Below are positions 16,392-25,427 of a stretch of DNA of 64,000 bases, piece by piece (position 1 is the stretch's first letter; each line of letters begins with the position of its first letter). The notes below the pieces were generated by a model. That model saw only the letters and a program-made list of their open reading frames with translations. It was not told the DNA's origin and searched no databases. The DNA is from a virus. The stretch is taken from the IMG/VR virus record IMGVR_UViG_3300032086_003078, positions 1-64,000 of that record; one strand, given 5' to 3'. Made by a program: the position numbers and the translations under genes.

Positions 16392-18269
16392 ATGGCTGAT
16401 AATAACAACAACAATGCAAATAATCCAAGAAACAATCAGTCTCCTTTATTTAAGAGACTCACAAGGTTGTTTAGTGGTCCAATTGTAAATTATGACCGAC
16501 CATCTGTCATCAGAGGAACACGCAGAGACGTCAAGAAGTATACTTTTACTTCCTCAACAGGCAGAGAGTTTAAAAAGAAAGAGTATCATAACCCTTTTAG
16601 TGGTCTGAGTAATAAAGTCCTATATCAGAGAAACAAGCAAGTAAGATATACAGACTTCGAACAGATGGAGTATATGCCAGAGATTGCTTCTGCTATTGAT
16701 ATTTATGCTGACGAGATAACAACCTCAACTGCGTTTAATCCACTAGTAAACATTGATTGTCAAAATAGGGAAATAAAAGACATAGTAAGCACCTTGCTTT
16801 ATAATGTACTAAATGTTGAGTCAAACTTATTTGGCTGGTCTAGAAGCATGTGTAAATACGGTGACTATTATTTATATCTTGACATCGATGATAAGATGGG
16901 TATCACAAATGCGATACCGCTTCCAGTCCGTGAAATAGAAAGGATCGAAGGAACAGATCCAACTAATCCAAACTATATCCAATATTTTTGGCAAGGAGCC
17001 GAAGGGAATAAAGGCGTAACTTTTGAGAACTGGCAAATTTCACACTTCCGTGTTCTAGGAAATGATAAGTATGTTCCCTACGGAACCTCAGTCCTGGAAC
17101 CATCACGACGCATTTGGCGACAGCTTACACTTCTAGAAGATGCGATGATGGCTTATCGTATCGTCCGATCGCCCGAGCGCCGAGTATTCTACATTGATGT
17201 CGGCAATATTGCAGCGGAAGACGTAGAACAATATATCGAACAAGTCAAGACCCAGATGAAAAGAAACCAGGTTGTAGACGAAGATTCTGGTCGTGTGGAT
17301 TTACGTTACAATGCGATGAGTGTTGATGAAGATTATTATATACCAGTTCGTGGTGCTAGTAATAATACTAGGATTGAGACTTTAGCTGGCGGTCAGTTCA
17401 CTGGGGACATTGATGATGTTAATTACCTTCGTGATAAACTGTTTTCAGCACTAAAGGTACCAAAAGCTTATTTGGCACAGTCTGACGCCCAGGAAGACAA
17501 AACAACATTGTCACAAAAAGACATTCGTTTTGCTAGAACAATACAAAGATTACAAAGAGTCGTAGTCGCTGAATTAGAGAAGATTGCTATTATTCATCTT
17601 TATACACTAGGCTACAGGGATTCTGATTTGCTCTCGTTCAAGTTGTCACTTAACAATCCATCAAAAATAGCTGAACTACAAGAGCTAGAGCATATGAGAC
17701 TTAAGTTTGATGTCGCAGGGTCTGCGACTGAAGGATACTTCTCTAAGCAGTGGGTATACCGAAACATCTTCAAGGCATCAGAAGAGGAAATCGAAAGAAT
17801 ACAAGTCGAGCAGTTTTCAGATGCTTTACACGCCGCCGCTTTGGAGCAGACAGCTACACCGCCAGAAGAAGGCGGCGGAGGTGATTTAGGTGGCGACCTT
17901 GGAGGCGATGATTTAGGTGGCGACCTTGGCGACGAAGAAGTTGGAGAAGAACCAGCAGATGAAGGACCACTTTTGGCTGAGCCTGAGATAGAGCCAGGTC
18001 AAAGAAATGACAATGGTTACATGAGAGTTAAGCGCCCAAAATGGAAAGAAGGAGCCTTTAGAAGAAGTGCCCTAGCAGCTTCTGGAACTAATTTAGCATC
18101 ATCGTCACATAGAAACCTATTTAAAGGGTGGAGCGGTCAGATGTCTCCATTATCTAGAGGAATAGTTGGCGAAGGAACAAACCCAGAAGAACAAATGTTG
18201 TTTGACACTGAAAACAGCATCAAGAAACTTATAGAGCAATTGGAAACTAAAAATGAAGGTCAAGCATAA
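16392..18269 (+). CDS. gp20: Portal protein (T4 gp20-like)
   Basis: PEIASAIDIYADE, LLEDAMMAYRIVRSPERRVFYIDVGN, EDYYIP, IETLAGG, LFSALKVP. Confidence 0.97.
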   Translation: MADNNNNNANNPRNNQSPLFKRLTRLFSGPIVNYDRPSVIRGTRRDVKKYTFTSSTGREFKKKEYHNPFSGLSNKVLYQRNKQVRYTDFEQMEYMPEIASAIDIYADEITTSTAFNPLVNIDCQNREIKDIVSTLLYNVLNVESNLFGWSRSMCKYGDYYLYLDIDDKMGITNAIPLPVREIERIEGTDPTNPNYIQYFWQGAEGNKGVTFENWQISHFRVLGNDKYVPYGTSVLEPSRRIWRQLTLLEDAMMAYRIVRSPERRVFYIDVGNIAAEDVEQYIEQVKTQMKRNQVVDEDSGRVDLRYNAMSVDEDYYIPVRGASNNTRIETLAGGQFTGDIDDVNYLRDKLFSALKVPKAYLAQSDAQEDKTTLSQKDIRFARTIQRLQRVVVAELEKIAIIHLYTLGYRDSDLLSFKLSLNNPSKIAELQELEHMRLKFDVAGSATEGYFSKQWVYRNIFKASEEEIERIQVEQFSDALHAAALEQTATPPEEGGGGDLGGDLGGDDLGGDLGDEEVGEEPADEGPLLAEPEIEPGQRNDNGYMRVKRPKWKEGAFRRSALAASGTNLASSSHRNLFKGWSGQMSPLSRGIVGEGTNPEEQMLFDTENSIKKLIEQLETKNEGQA

Positions 18270-19083
18270 TAAGAAAAGAAATACAGCGTTTCTATTTGAA
18301 GCCCTTGTCAGAGAGTTGACAAAATCTGTTATTGAAAAAGATAAAGATAGAACTGCCAAAGTTAAGAATATACTGAAAGAGCACTTTCAATCAAGTTCAA
18401 TTTTAGGAAAAGAACTAGATTGCTATCAAGCTCTAAGTGAAGAATCTGGCTTAGATCAATACACCGCAGAGAAGCTAGTCTTTCGTGCCAAGAAGGCATA
18501 TGATGACCTAGATCAAAAAAAGGTATTTGAGGCACAATCTAGCGTTATTTCTAAAATAAACAAACTTCTAGGAAAAGAAGTTTATAACACTTTCATTCCA
18601 AACTATCAATCACTTGCATCTATAACTCAAATTTTCAACGAAAAGATTCCAGTTAAAACTAGAGTCTTGATGGAACAAAAGGTTATTGAGAAACTGACTG
18701 ATTCCGAAAGAACTACTGAAGATGTAAAACCAATTGATTCTTTGGTAGTCAAGTCTTTCACAGACACCTTTAATAATACATATTCAGATCTATTAGAGGA
18801 ACAAAAGGAACTACTAACAAAGTACATTACTTCATTTGACAATAATGGGGTTGAATTTAGACTTTTTGCAGGGAGAGAACTGCAAAGACTTTATGGATGC
18901 ATAGAGGAATCTCTAACTCTAAAAGAAGTTTCAGAAGATCCAGAGATGATAGAAAACACTAAACGAGTGTTGGATAAAATAAACGAACTTAATGTTTCTA
19001 AGTTGAGCGAAAAAGATATACTAAAAGTATTAAAGTTGCAGAACTTAGTAAGCGAGTACACAAAAAATGCCAATCAAGATTAA
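18253..19083 (+). CDS. Head-module hypothetical protein
   Basis: KHNKKRNTAFLFEAL N-terminus; lies between portal and protease. Confidence 0.7.
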   Translation: MKVKHNKKRNTAFLFEALVRELTKSVIEKDKDRTAKVKNILKEHFQSSSILGKELDCYQALSEESGLDQYTAEKLVFRAKKAYDDLDQKKVFEAQSSVISKINKLLGKEVYNTFIPNYQSLASITQIFNEKIPVKTRVLMEQKVIEKLTDSERTTEDVKPIDSLVVKSFTDTFNNTYSDLLEEQKELLTKYITSFDNNGVEFRLFAGRELQRLYGCIEESLTLKEVSEDPEMIENTKRVLDKINELNVSKLSEKDILKVLKLQNLVSEYTKNANQD

Positions 19084-19615
19084 AATAGGGGATACAACCC
19101 AAAAAGAATCCAAACCAGTTCAGGCTTCGATTCCACTTAAAATAACAAAAACCTTAGATGGTAATCTGATTATTGACGACCATCAATACCTTGACATAAT
19201 CGTGTCTCCCTCTGAAGCTAAAATAATAACTATGCCAAAGCCATTTGTTGAAAAAGACGTGTATGATTATCAGAAAGATTTCATGTATAGCCTTTTCAAG
19301 GGAGGCGTCTCAGAAGCTTCTTCTCCAACTGGAGGTCCTCGTTTTGGCATGGTAGAGACCAGTTTTCCAAAGGAAGGCGACGTCAATACTCTTCAGGCAG
19401 TGTTGTATCAAATTTCAAGCTACGTTAATAAGACAGCCCACGATGAAGATATAGCTAGAGAATATGATGAAAATATAGAAGACCGTTTCACAGACCCCGA
19501 CGCAAAGGATTCTACCGAATACGGCGCAGTCCCTCCATATCAGGACACCCCAGAAGGCTCATCAAATCAAGCCGACCCAACTTATACATTTGCGGGATAC
19601 GGCTACTACTACTAA
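19067..19615 (+). CDS. Hypothetical protein
   Basis: Coupled ORF in the head operon. Confidence 0.65.
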   Translation: MPIKIKIGDTTQKESKPVQASIPLKITKTLDGNLIIDDHQYLDIIVSPSEAKIITMPKPFVEKDVYDYQKDFMYSLFKGGVSEASSPTGGPRFGMVETSFPKEGDVNTLQAVLYQISSYVNKTAHDEDIAREYDENIEDRFTDPDAKDSTEYGAVPPYQDTPEGSSNQADPTYTFAGYGYYY

Positions 19616-19959
19616 TGTCTCTCGTATATTTTATTCTGTGTTCCTACGGAATCACACAGATTTTAGCATTCGCTAAAATATTCGAACCTATTCGTCCAAA
19701 ACATCACTTCTTCCACTGCCCAATGTGTATTGGCTTCTGGGTTGGGGTATTGTTAGTGATACTAAACCCTTACACCGAACTATTTACATATAATGTTAGT
19801 TTGGTGAATGCTTTTCTATTAGGAGCGCTTTCATCAGCAACATCATACGCTTTATGTATGATAATAACAGATGGAGGTATCCGACTTGAACAACGAACGA
19901 AAGGGAGCTTGGACGCAAAAGTGGATGTTGCGACCCGTAGCAAACTGCTGTCGTGGTAG
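19615..19959 (+). CDS. Small membrane protein with CxxC-W motif (DUF1360-like)
   Basis: FHCPMCIGFWVG between hydrophobic helices. Confidence 0.65.
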   Translation: MSLVYFILCSYGITQILAFAKIFEPIRPKHHFFHCPMCIGFWVGVLLVILNPYTELFTYNVSLVNAFLLGALSSATSYALCMIITDGGIRLEQRTKGSLDAKVDVATRSKLLSW

Positions 19960-19999
19960 CAGTATCGTGCGGGTAGCGCCCGCATTCCAAAGGAGATAA
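19886..19999 (+). CDS. Overlapping 37-aa peptide (MNNERKGAWTQKWMLRPVANCCRGSS...)
   Basis: GGAGG at 19873-19877, 8 nt before TTG 19886; different frame from the membrane gene; stops 3 nt before the protease ATG. Confidence 0.5.
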   Translation: MNNERKGAWTQKWMLRPVANCCRGSSIVRVAPAFQRR

Positions 20000-20002
20000 A
20001 AA

Positions 20003-20596
20003 ATGACTAAGAAATACGTACTACAAGAGTTTATGAACCTAGATTACAGCGACGATCTTCTCACAGAAGAAGAGCGTGAAGGTAATCGCCAAGGGATACA
20101 CCTTATTGTAGCAGGGAAGATACAGGCTGCCGGCAAAAAGAACGGCAACGGGCGTATTTACCCCCGACCAATCCTCGAAAGAGAGATGAAGAACTACGAA
20201 AAGCTTGTTCGTGAGGGTCGTGCTATTGGTGAACTAGACCACCCAGACAGTTCAGTCGTAGAATTGAAGAATGCTAGCCATCTAATCACACAAGTGTGGT
20301 GGGAAGGTGACGATGTCATGGGCAAAATGAAGATTTTGGATACTCCAGCGGGTCAGATCGCCAAACAACTAGTAGAAGGTGGCGTTCAGTTAGGTATTTC
20401 AAGTCGTGGTCTTGGCTCAACTCGCCAACAAGGCGGAGTTACCATGGTTGAAGACGATTTCCAACTACTTTGCTTCGACTTGGTATCAGAACCAAGCACA
20501 ACAGGTGCCTTTTTGGTTGCTGAAAGTCAAGTTAAGACACACTTAACCAAGGCTGACCGAATCAATCGTGCCTTGAACGACATTTTGGGCGACTAA
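20003..20596 (+). CDS. gp21: Prohead core protease (T4 gp21-like)
   Basis: NGNGRIYP, AIGELDHP, LGISSRGLGS, FDLVSEPS. Confidence 0.96.
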   Translation: MTKKYVLQEFMNLDYSDDLLTEEEREGNRQGIHLIVAGKIQAAGKKNGNGRIYPRPILEREMKNYEKLVREGRAIGELDHPDSSVVELKNASHLITQVWWEGDDVMGKMKILDTPAGQIAKQLVEGGVQLGISSRGLGSTRQQGGVTMVEDDFQLLCFDLVSEPSTTGAFLVAESQVKTHLTKADRINRALNDILGD

Positions 20597-20598
20597 TA

Positions 20599-21615
20599 AT
20601 GGCTGGCGCTGGATTTGCAGTAGATAACAACAGTGGCGGATATGCTTTTAAAGTAGATCCCGACGGAAACGTTAAAGTTGGAGACGAATCCAGTGATCTT
20701 CTAGAGATTACAGGCACCCTTAATGTAAATGGTCCTACTGTATTTAACGAAGCGGGTTCTACCACTGGAGATTTTCGTGTAGAGAGCAACGCATCAGAGA
20801 ATATGCTCTTTGTTGATGCAAGTTCTAATCGCATCGGTATTGGTACAGCCTCGCCACTTTTTACAATTGATGTCCAAGAACGAACAGGTATTGAAGCCTG
20901 TCTTCGCCTAAAAGGTACTGGCGATGTTGGAATCCGACTCCAAGCTGATAGCGACGGCGCTGGGGGAGAAAATGATAATCCTTACATAGATTTTTATCAA
21001 GACACGGCAAATTCTAACACCCGTGCTCAGAGACTAGCTTCGATCGGCATGGAAGGCGATGCAGGAGCAACCTTTACAGATTCTCTGGATAATACTTTTT
21101 TTATGGATGCGGCATATCCAACTACCCTAGGTTCCAATCTACGAACACTTCAGCTTGCTAACGATTCCAAAAACAATGGACATAAGGCTCGCATCACACT
21201 TGAGGGAAATAATGGCTATGTCGGCATTCACACAAATGCCCCAACAACACCTCTAGAAATTGAGGGCACAACTAAATCTACAGAATATGCTACTGCTGTT
21301 GGGACACAGGACCTTGGAACTGGAACAAGCAGCACATTATCTTTAGACGCTGGTATTATGCTTTTGGACGCTGACTCCATCAACGGAACTGATATGGGTG
21401 GCTATGAAGTTCACACCCTAAACATTCCTAACGGCTCTACAAGCGGACAAAGACTTACCATCATCGCCCAGAGCACAACAAACAGTACAACTATTATGCC
21501 TGCTGGAAGTATTAACGGCTCCTTCGGAAGCCTTAGTGATGCTAGCGGCACAACAGCATTAGAATTCGTATGGATTTCCGAAGGCAGTATTTCAGCCTGG
21601 TATCAAGTGAGTTAA
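20599..21615 (+). CDS. Virion fibre/decoration protein
   Basis: G/T/S-rich beta repeats (RIGIGTASP, YVGIHTNAPTTPLEI). Confidence 0.6.
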   Translation: MAGAGFAVDNNSGGYAFKVDPDGNVKVGDESSDLLEITGTLNVNGPTVFNEAGSTTGDFRVESNASENMLFVDASSNRIGIGTASPLFTIDVQERTGIEACLRLKGTGDVGIRLQADSDGAGGENDNPYIDFYQDTANSNTRAQRLASIGMEGDAGATFTDSLDNTFFMDAAYPTTLGSNLRTLQLANDSKNNGHKARITLEGNNGYVGIHTNAPTTPLEIEGTTKSTEYATAVGTQDLGTGTSSTLSLDAGIMLLDADSINGTDMGGYEVHTLNIPNGSTSGQRLTIIAQSTTNSTTIMPAGSINGSFGSLSDASGTTALEFVWISEGSISAWYQVS

Positions 21616-21627
21616 GAAGGGAAACAA

Positions 21628-22023
21628 ATGAAAAAATCGGAACTCAAAAATATTATTAAAGAATGTGTCCGTGAGGTAATCTTTGAAGAAGGTATGCTAT
21701 CAGGCATCATCTCAGAGGTTGTACGAGGCATGGGAACAACCTTGGTACAGGAAGCTAGAACAGCACCTGTCTCACAACCATCAAAAGCCTTTTCGGAGAG
21801 CAAAAAGCAAGTTCTTGATGCTATTGGTAAGAACTCCTACGAAGATGTGAAGAAGAAGTTCTCTAACCCAGAACTTTTTGAAGGTACCCGACCTATCGCT
21901 GAATCTAAGAGCGCTAAGGGCGGAGCACTATCTGGCGTAGCACCTAGTGACCCAGGTGTAGACATTTCAAATATTCCCGGCTTTGGAAGCTGGTCTGCTG
22001 TTGCGAGCGCAACAAGAAAGTAA
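21628..22023 (+). CDS. Head-module protein with leader-like N-terminus
   Basis: MKKSELKNIIKECVREV resembles the MKIT leader family. Confidence 0.65.
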   Translation: MKKSELKNIIKECVREVIFEEGMLSGIISEVVRGMGTTLVQEARTAPVSQPSKAFSESKKQVLDAIGKNSYEDVKKKFSNPELFEGTRPIAESKSAKGGALSGVAPSDPGVDISNIPGFGSWSAVASATRK

Positions 22024-22030
22024 TTTAAAA

Positions 22031-22309
22031 ATGAGAAAAAACAAAAGAAATAAACAACTAATTGAACCTTGTGTTACCGTTCGAGCGGAAGATCATAGAG
22101 GCGATCCAGAAAGAATGATACGGAAGTTTCGCAAACTCGTAAAAAACGAAGGAATCATTGAGGAATGCCGCAGTCGAAGTTATTTTGTATCTGAAAGTGA
22201 AATCAGAAGGCAAAGAAAAGAAGACAAACAAAGACTGATTGACAAGGTAAATAGAAGAAGAGATGAACTACTTAAGCCTAGGGACAGGTTTATAAAGAGG
22301 AGAAAATAG
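22031..22309 (+). CDS. rpsU: Ribosomal protein bS21 homolog
   Basis: VTVR...DPERMIRKFRKLVKNEGIIEECRSRSYFVSESEIRRQRK matches the bS21 pattern; ATG 22031 is the likely start. Confidence 0.8.
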   Translation: MRKNKRNKQLIEPCVTVRAEDHRGDPERMIRKFRKLVKNEGIIEECRSRSYFVSESEIRRQRKEDKQRLIDKVNRRRDELLKPRDRFIKRRK

Positions 22310-22310
22310 T

Positions 22311-22754
22311 ATGGCGATTTCCCCAGATACTACGAATTATCAAATAACTTCAGGGCATCGACCTGGTCTTGCAAGTGTAGGTCAGTACCAATCAGCAGGA
22401 CATCCCTATGTAACAGGGTCAGAAACACTCAATGATGGTGCGGAACATCAGATTACCTTCCCCACTGTCACTAAGTCTATAACTGTAATTAATAGACCAT
22501 CTGGATCAGGTGACGCTCCTGACATAAGAGTTCATTTTGCAGCTACAGGGAGTGGAAACGTAGTAGGAGGTCAACACTATATTCTGCTTACTTCGAACAA
22601 AGACAGTATGACAATGAATGTCAAATGTAGCCGACTTTATATTTCAAGGGATGATGCGACTGCCGGCGCTGCTTCTTATACGGTGTTTGCAGAGTGTACG
22701 GGGATTGATCCAATAGAGATGTATCCTCTAACTGGTTCTGGTATAACTGAGTAA
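22311..22754 (+). CDS. Putative virion beta-rich protein (paralog of 55518-55940)
   Basis: PGLASVGQYQSAGHPYVTGS...FPTVTK...LYI...TGI. Confidence 0.65.
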   Translation: MAISPDTTNYQITSGHRPGLASVGQYQSAGHPYVTGSETLNDGAEHQITFPTVTKSITVINRPSGSGDAPDIRVHFAATGSGNVVGGQHYILLTSNKDSMTMNVKCSRLYISRDDATAGAASYTVFAECTGIDPIEMYPLTGSGITE

Positions 22755-22773
22755 ATAGAAGAGGGAGATTGTC

Positions 22774-24345
22774 ATGGGCGGATTTAAGCCATCTAGAAGT
22801 GATATAGCAGGTAGCACAGTTGTAGGGTCAGACAAGGATGTCGATTCACATCAGTTTACTGGCTCCGTTGACATTACTGGTTCCCTTCTAATTAACGGGG
22901 TTCAAATTACACAAAACGGCGGCGGTGGCGGCGGTGGCAGCCCTGGTGGATCAAATACTCAAATACAATACAATGATGGAGGTGCTTTTGGTGGAGCCTC
23001 TTCTTTAGTTTATGATGATGTTAATAATCATGTTGGCATCGGGGTTACAGACCCAGATGTTATCTTAGAGGTTCTTGACACCTCCACACAACAAAAGTGG
23101 TCTTATGATGCAGATAGTTTTGCAACTCTGACTGTTGAAGATGATAGTAATACTACACTAGCAACTGGAGAAAACGGAAACATAACACTTCATGCTGGAC
23201 CAGCAGGCGACATTTTTCTAGTAGCAGATGGGGGACAGGTCAACCTTCAAAACCCCGCTGGAACTAATAAATTAGCATTTGATGTTGAAAATGCAGGTGG
23301 ACTAGCATATATTTCTAATGTAAGAAATAACGATTTAATCTTTAGAGTTGGCACAAATGTCAAAGAGGTCTTCCGACTTGACCAAAGCGAAGGTGCTTTG
23401 TTGATGTCTGGTAACTTTGCTGAACCAGGCGGCTTCGCCCCAATTCACTTTAGAGACACAGCAACTAGCATTCACTCACCAGGTTCTAACCGACTAGCCA
23501 TAACTGCTCCAACCTTGGAAGTCACAGGGACACTGAGCGTTGAGAAAGATACTGATGCAACCGCAATTGTTGGCAGAGCTAACGTTGGTGCAGTGCCTGG
23601 TGGCGCCTCTGATTATGCTTATTTTTCTCATATAGACCAAGCTGGTGTTAACACTTACGCTTTGGAACAAAGAGCCAACGGGACTACCAGTGTTAATGCA
23701 CCATCAGGCGGTCAGATTTATTTTCGCCTTGGTAATGTCTCAACTGCTATGATAATTGATGGTACCAGCAACAACAATATTGGCATCAATGGAACACCAT
23801 CTGCAAGACTTCACGTACAGACAAATTCGCCTGAAAAAGACGTATTCCGTTGCGACGGCGACGAAGACCATATCTTGTTTGTATCTGGATCAGGGCGTGT
23901 GGGTATTCTCTCCGCAGCCCCAGCCCAAACACTTTCAGTTAGCGGTAGCGCTGCTTTTTCTGGCACATACGGCTCAACAGCGGTTGAGACAGTAAGCACA
24001 AGCCTTAGTACACTTACAGCAACTGATGGTGTGGCTATTATTGATTTGACTTCCGCAGCAACTAACACAAGCTTTGCTTTCTTTATAAACAACGGAACAT
24101 ACATTGGGCAAGAAAAAATTGTTTATGTAAAAACAATTGTTGGTGCTGATGGAAACAATTCAAACGATGCTGCACTACAGGGAAGCAATATTGATAGCCC
24201 CCTTGGAAACGCAAATGGGACACTATCCCTTAGTGCGTCTGATCAAGGCGAAGGCTTTTTTGGCATGAACCGTGGAGCAGCAAGGCTTTTGTGGGATGGC
24301 ACTGACTGGGCACCAATATCAGTAACAAACCTTAACTGGTCGTAG
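22774..24345 (+). CDS. Virion fibre protein
   Basis: HQFTGSVDITGS, Gly run, PGGSNTQIQYNDGGAFGG and VGIG repeats typical of phage fibres. Confidence 0.7.
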   Translation: MGGFKPSRSDIAGSTVVGSDKDVDSHQFTGSVDITGSLLINGVQITQNGGGGGGGSPGGSNTQIQYNDGGAFGGASSLVYDDVNNHVGIGVTDPDVILEVLDTSTQQKWSYDADSFATLTVEDDSNTTLATGENGNITLHAGPAGDIFLVADGGQVNLQNPAGTNKLAFDVENAGGLAYISNVRNNDLIFRVGTNVKEVFRLDQSEGALLMSGNFAEPGGFAPIHFRDTATSIHSPGSNRLAITAPTLEVTGTLSVEKDTDATAIVGRANVGAVPGGASDYAYFSHIDQAGVNTYALEQRANGTTSVNAPSGGQIYFRLGNVSTAMIIDGTSNNNIGINGTPSARLHVQTNSPEKDVFRCDGDEDHILFVSGSGRVGILSAAPAQTLSVSGSAAFSGTYGSTAVETVSTSLSTLTATDGVAIIDLTSAATNTSFAFFINNGTYIGQEKIVYVKTIVGADGNNSNDAALQGSNIDSPLGNANGTLSLSASDQGEGFFGMNRGAARLLWDGTDWAPISVTNLNWS

Positions 24346-24426
24346 TAGAGAAACATTTCTAGTCGTTTACATTTTTAATCTACTATTTATTTTTGATGTA
24401 ATATCATCAATTAAGGGGATTAATCT

Positions 24427-25407
24427 ATGTCTACTATGTTAGAACAAGCAATCGTTGACGCAAAGGCTCTTCGTGAAGCCGCTGTTAAAAGTGCTGAAGC
24501 CGCTATCGTCGAAAAATACAACGACGAAGTAAAAGATGCTGTAAGCAAACTTTTGGAACAAGATGATGAAATGGATCTTGGGATGGATTCTGGCGCAGAG
24601 GCAGAGATTGATACTACTGCTATGGAGCAAGTCCCAATGGCTCATCTTTCAGATGAAGACGAAGACATCGTTGTCGTAGACCTTGATGACATTATTGCCG
24701 CTGCTGAGTCCGAAGAGGGCGACGAGCTTGATGAGCCTATGCTTGATAGAGAAGAGATAGCAGATGAAATTGGACTTCCTCTTGAGGACGACTTGCCTGC
24801 TAATCGTGATGACGAAATAGAAATTGAGGAAGACAGGCTAGTTGACCTATTCAAAGAAATGTTGACTGTAGACGTCCCCCAAATTGAGCTTGACCGAGCC
24901 CAAGAGGAAATTGCAAACGAAAACAATGATAGAGTAGAGCAAGATGAAGATCCTGACTCTTTCTATACTGACGGAATGGACAAGGAAGATGTTGAAAATC
25001 TCCGCCGCTCCGAAGAACAAAACGAAAGCCTCCAGAAGGAAAATGCTGAACTCAAGCAACTTCTAGGGCAAGTAAAAGAAAAACTACAAGAAATAAACTT
25101 GCAAAACGCAAGGTTATTATATGCGAACCGTGTGCTTGGAGATTCCTCCTTGAATGAGCAGCAAAAAGCTAAAATTGCTGAGTTAGTTTCTGGAGCACGT
25201 TCGGTAGAAGAAGCGAAGATGGTCTATGAGACTCTTCAAAAGACAATGGCGGGTATTCAAAAGAGCGCCCCACAATCGTTGTCTGAAGCTGTAACTAAGA
25301 GATCATCTGTCATTCTTAGTGGGAATCGTACAGAGGAACGCACTACCGAATCCAGTCCAACATATAGTCGTTGGGCAACTCTCGCAGCAATAAACAAGAC
25401 AAAATAA
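24427..25407 (+). CDS. Prohead scaffold protein (gp22-like)
   Basis: Acidic coiled-coil protein directly upstream of the MCP with many LxE sites. Confidence 0.8.
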   Translation: MSTMLEQAIVDAKALREAAVKSAEAAIVEKYNDEVKDAVSKLLEQDDEMDLGMDSGAEAEIDTTAMEQVPMAHLSDEDEDIVVVDLDDIIAAAESEEGDELDEPMLDREEIADEIGLPLEDDLPANRDDEIEIEEDRLVDLFKEMLTVDVPQIELDRAQEEIANENNDRVEQDEDPDSFYTDGMDKEDVENLRRSEEQNESLQKENAELKQLLGQVKEKLQEINLQNARLLYANRVLGDSSLNEQQKAKIAELVSGARSVEEAKMVYETLQKTMAGIQKSAPQSLSEAVTKRSSVILSGNRTEERTTESSPTYSRWATLAAINKTK

Positions 25408-25427
25408 TATTTTAAGGAGAAATAAAA

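Noticed and set aside
17872-17932. GGDL(GG) tandem repeat in the portal C-terminus
   Set aside because: Low-complexity acidic linker with no sign of independent function.
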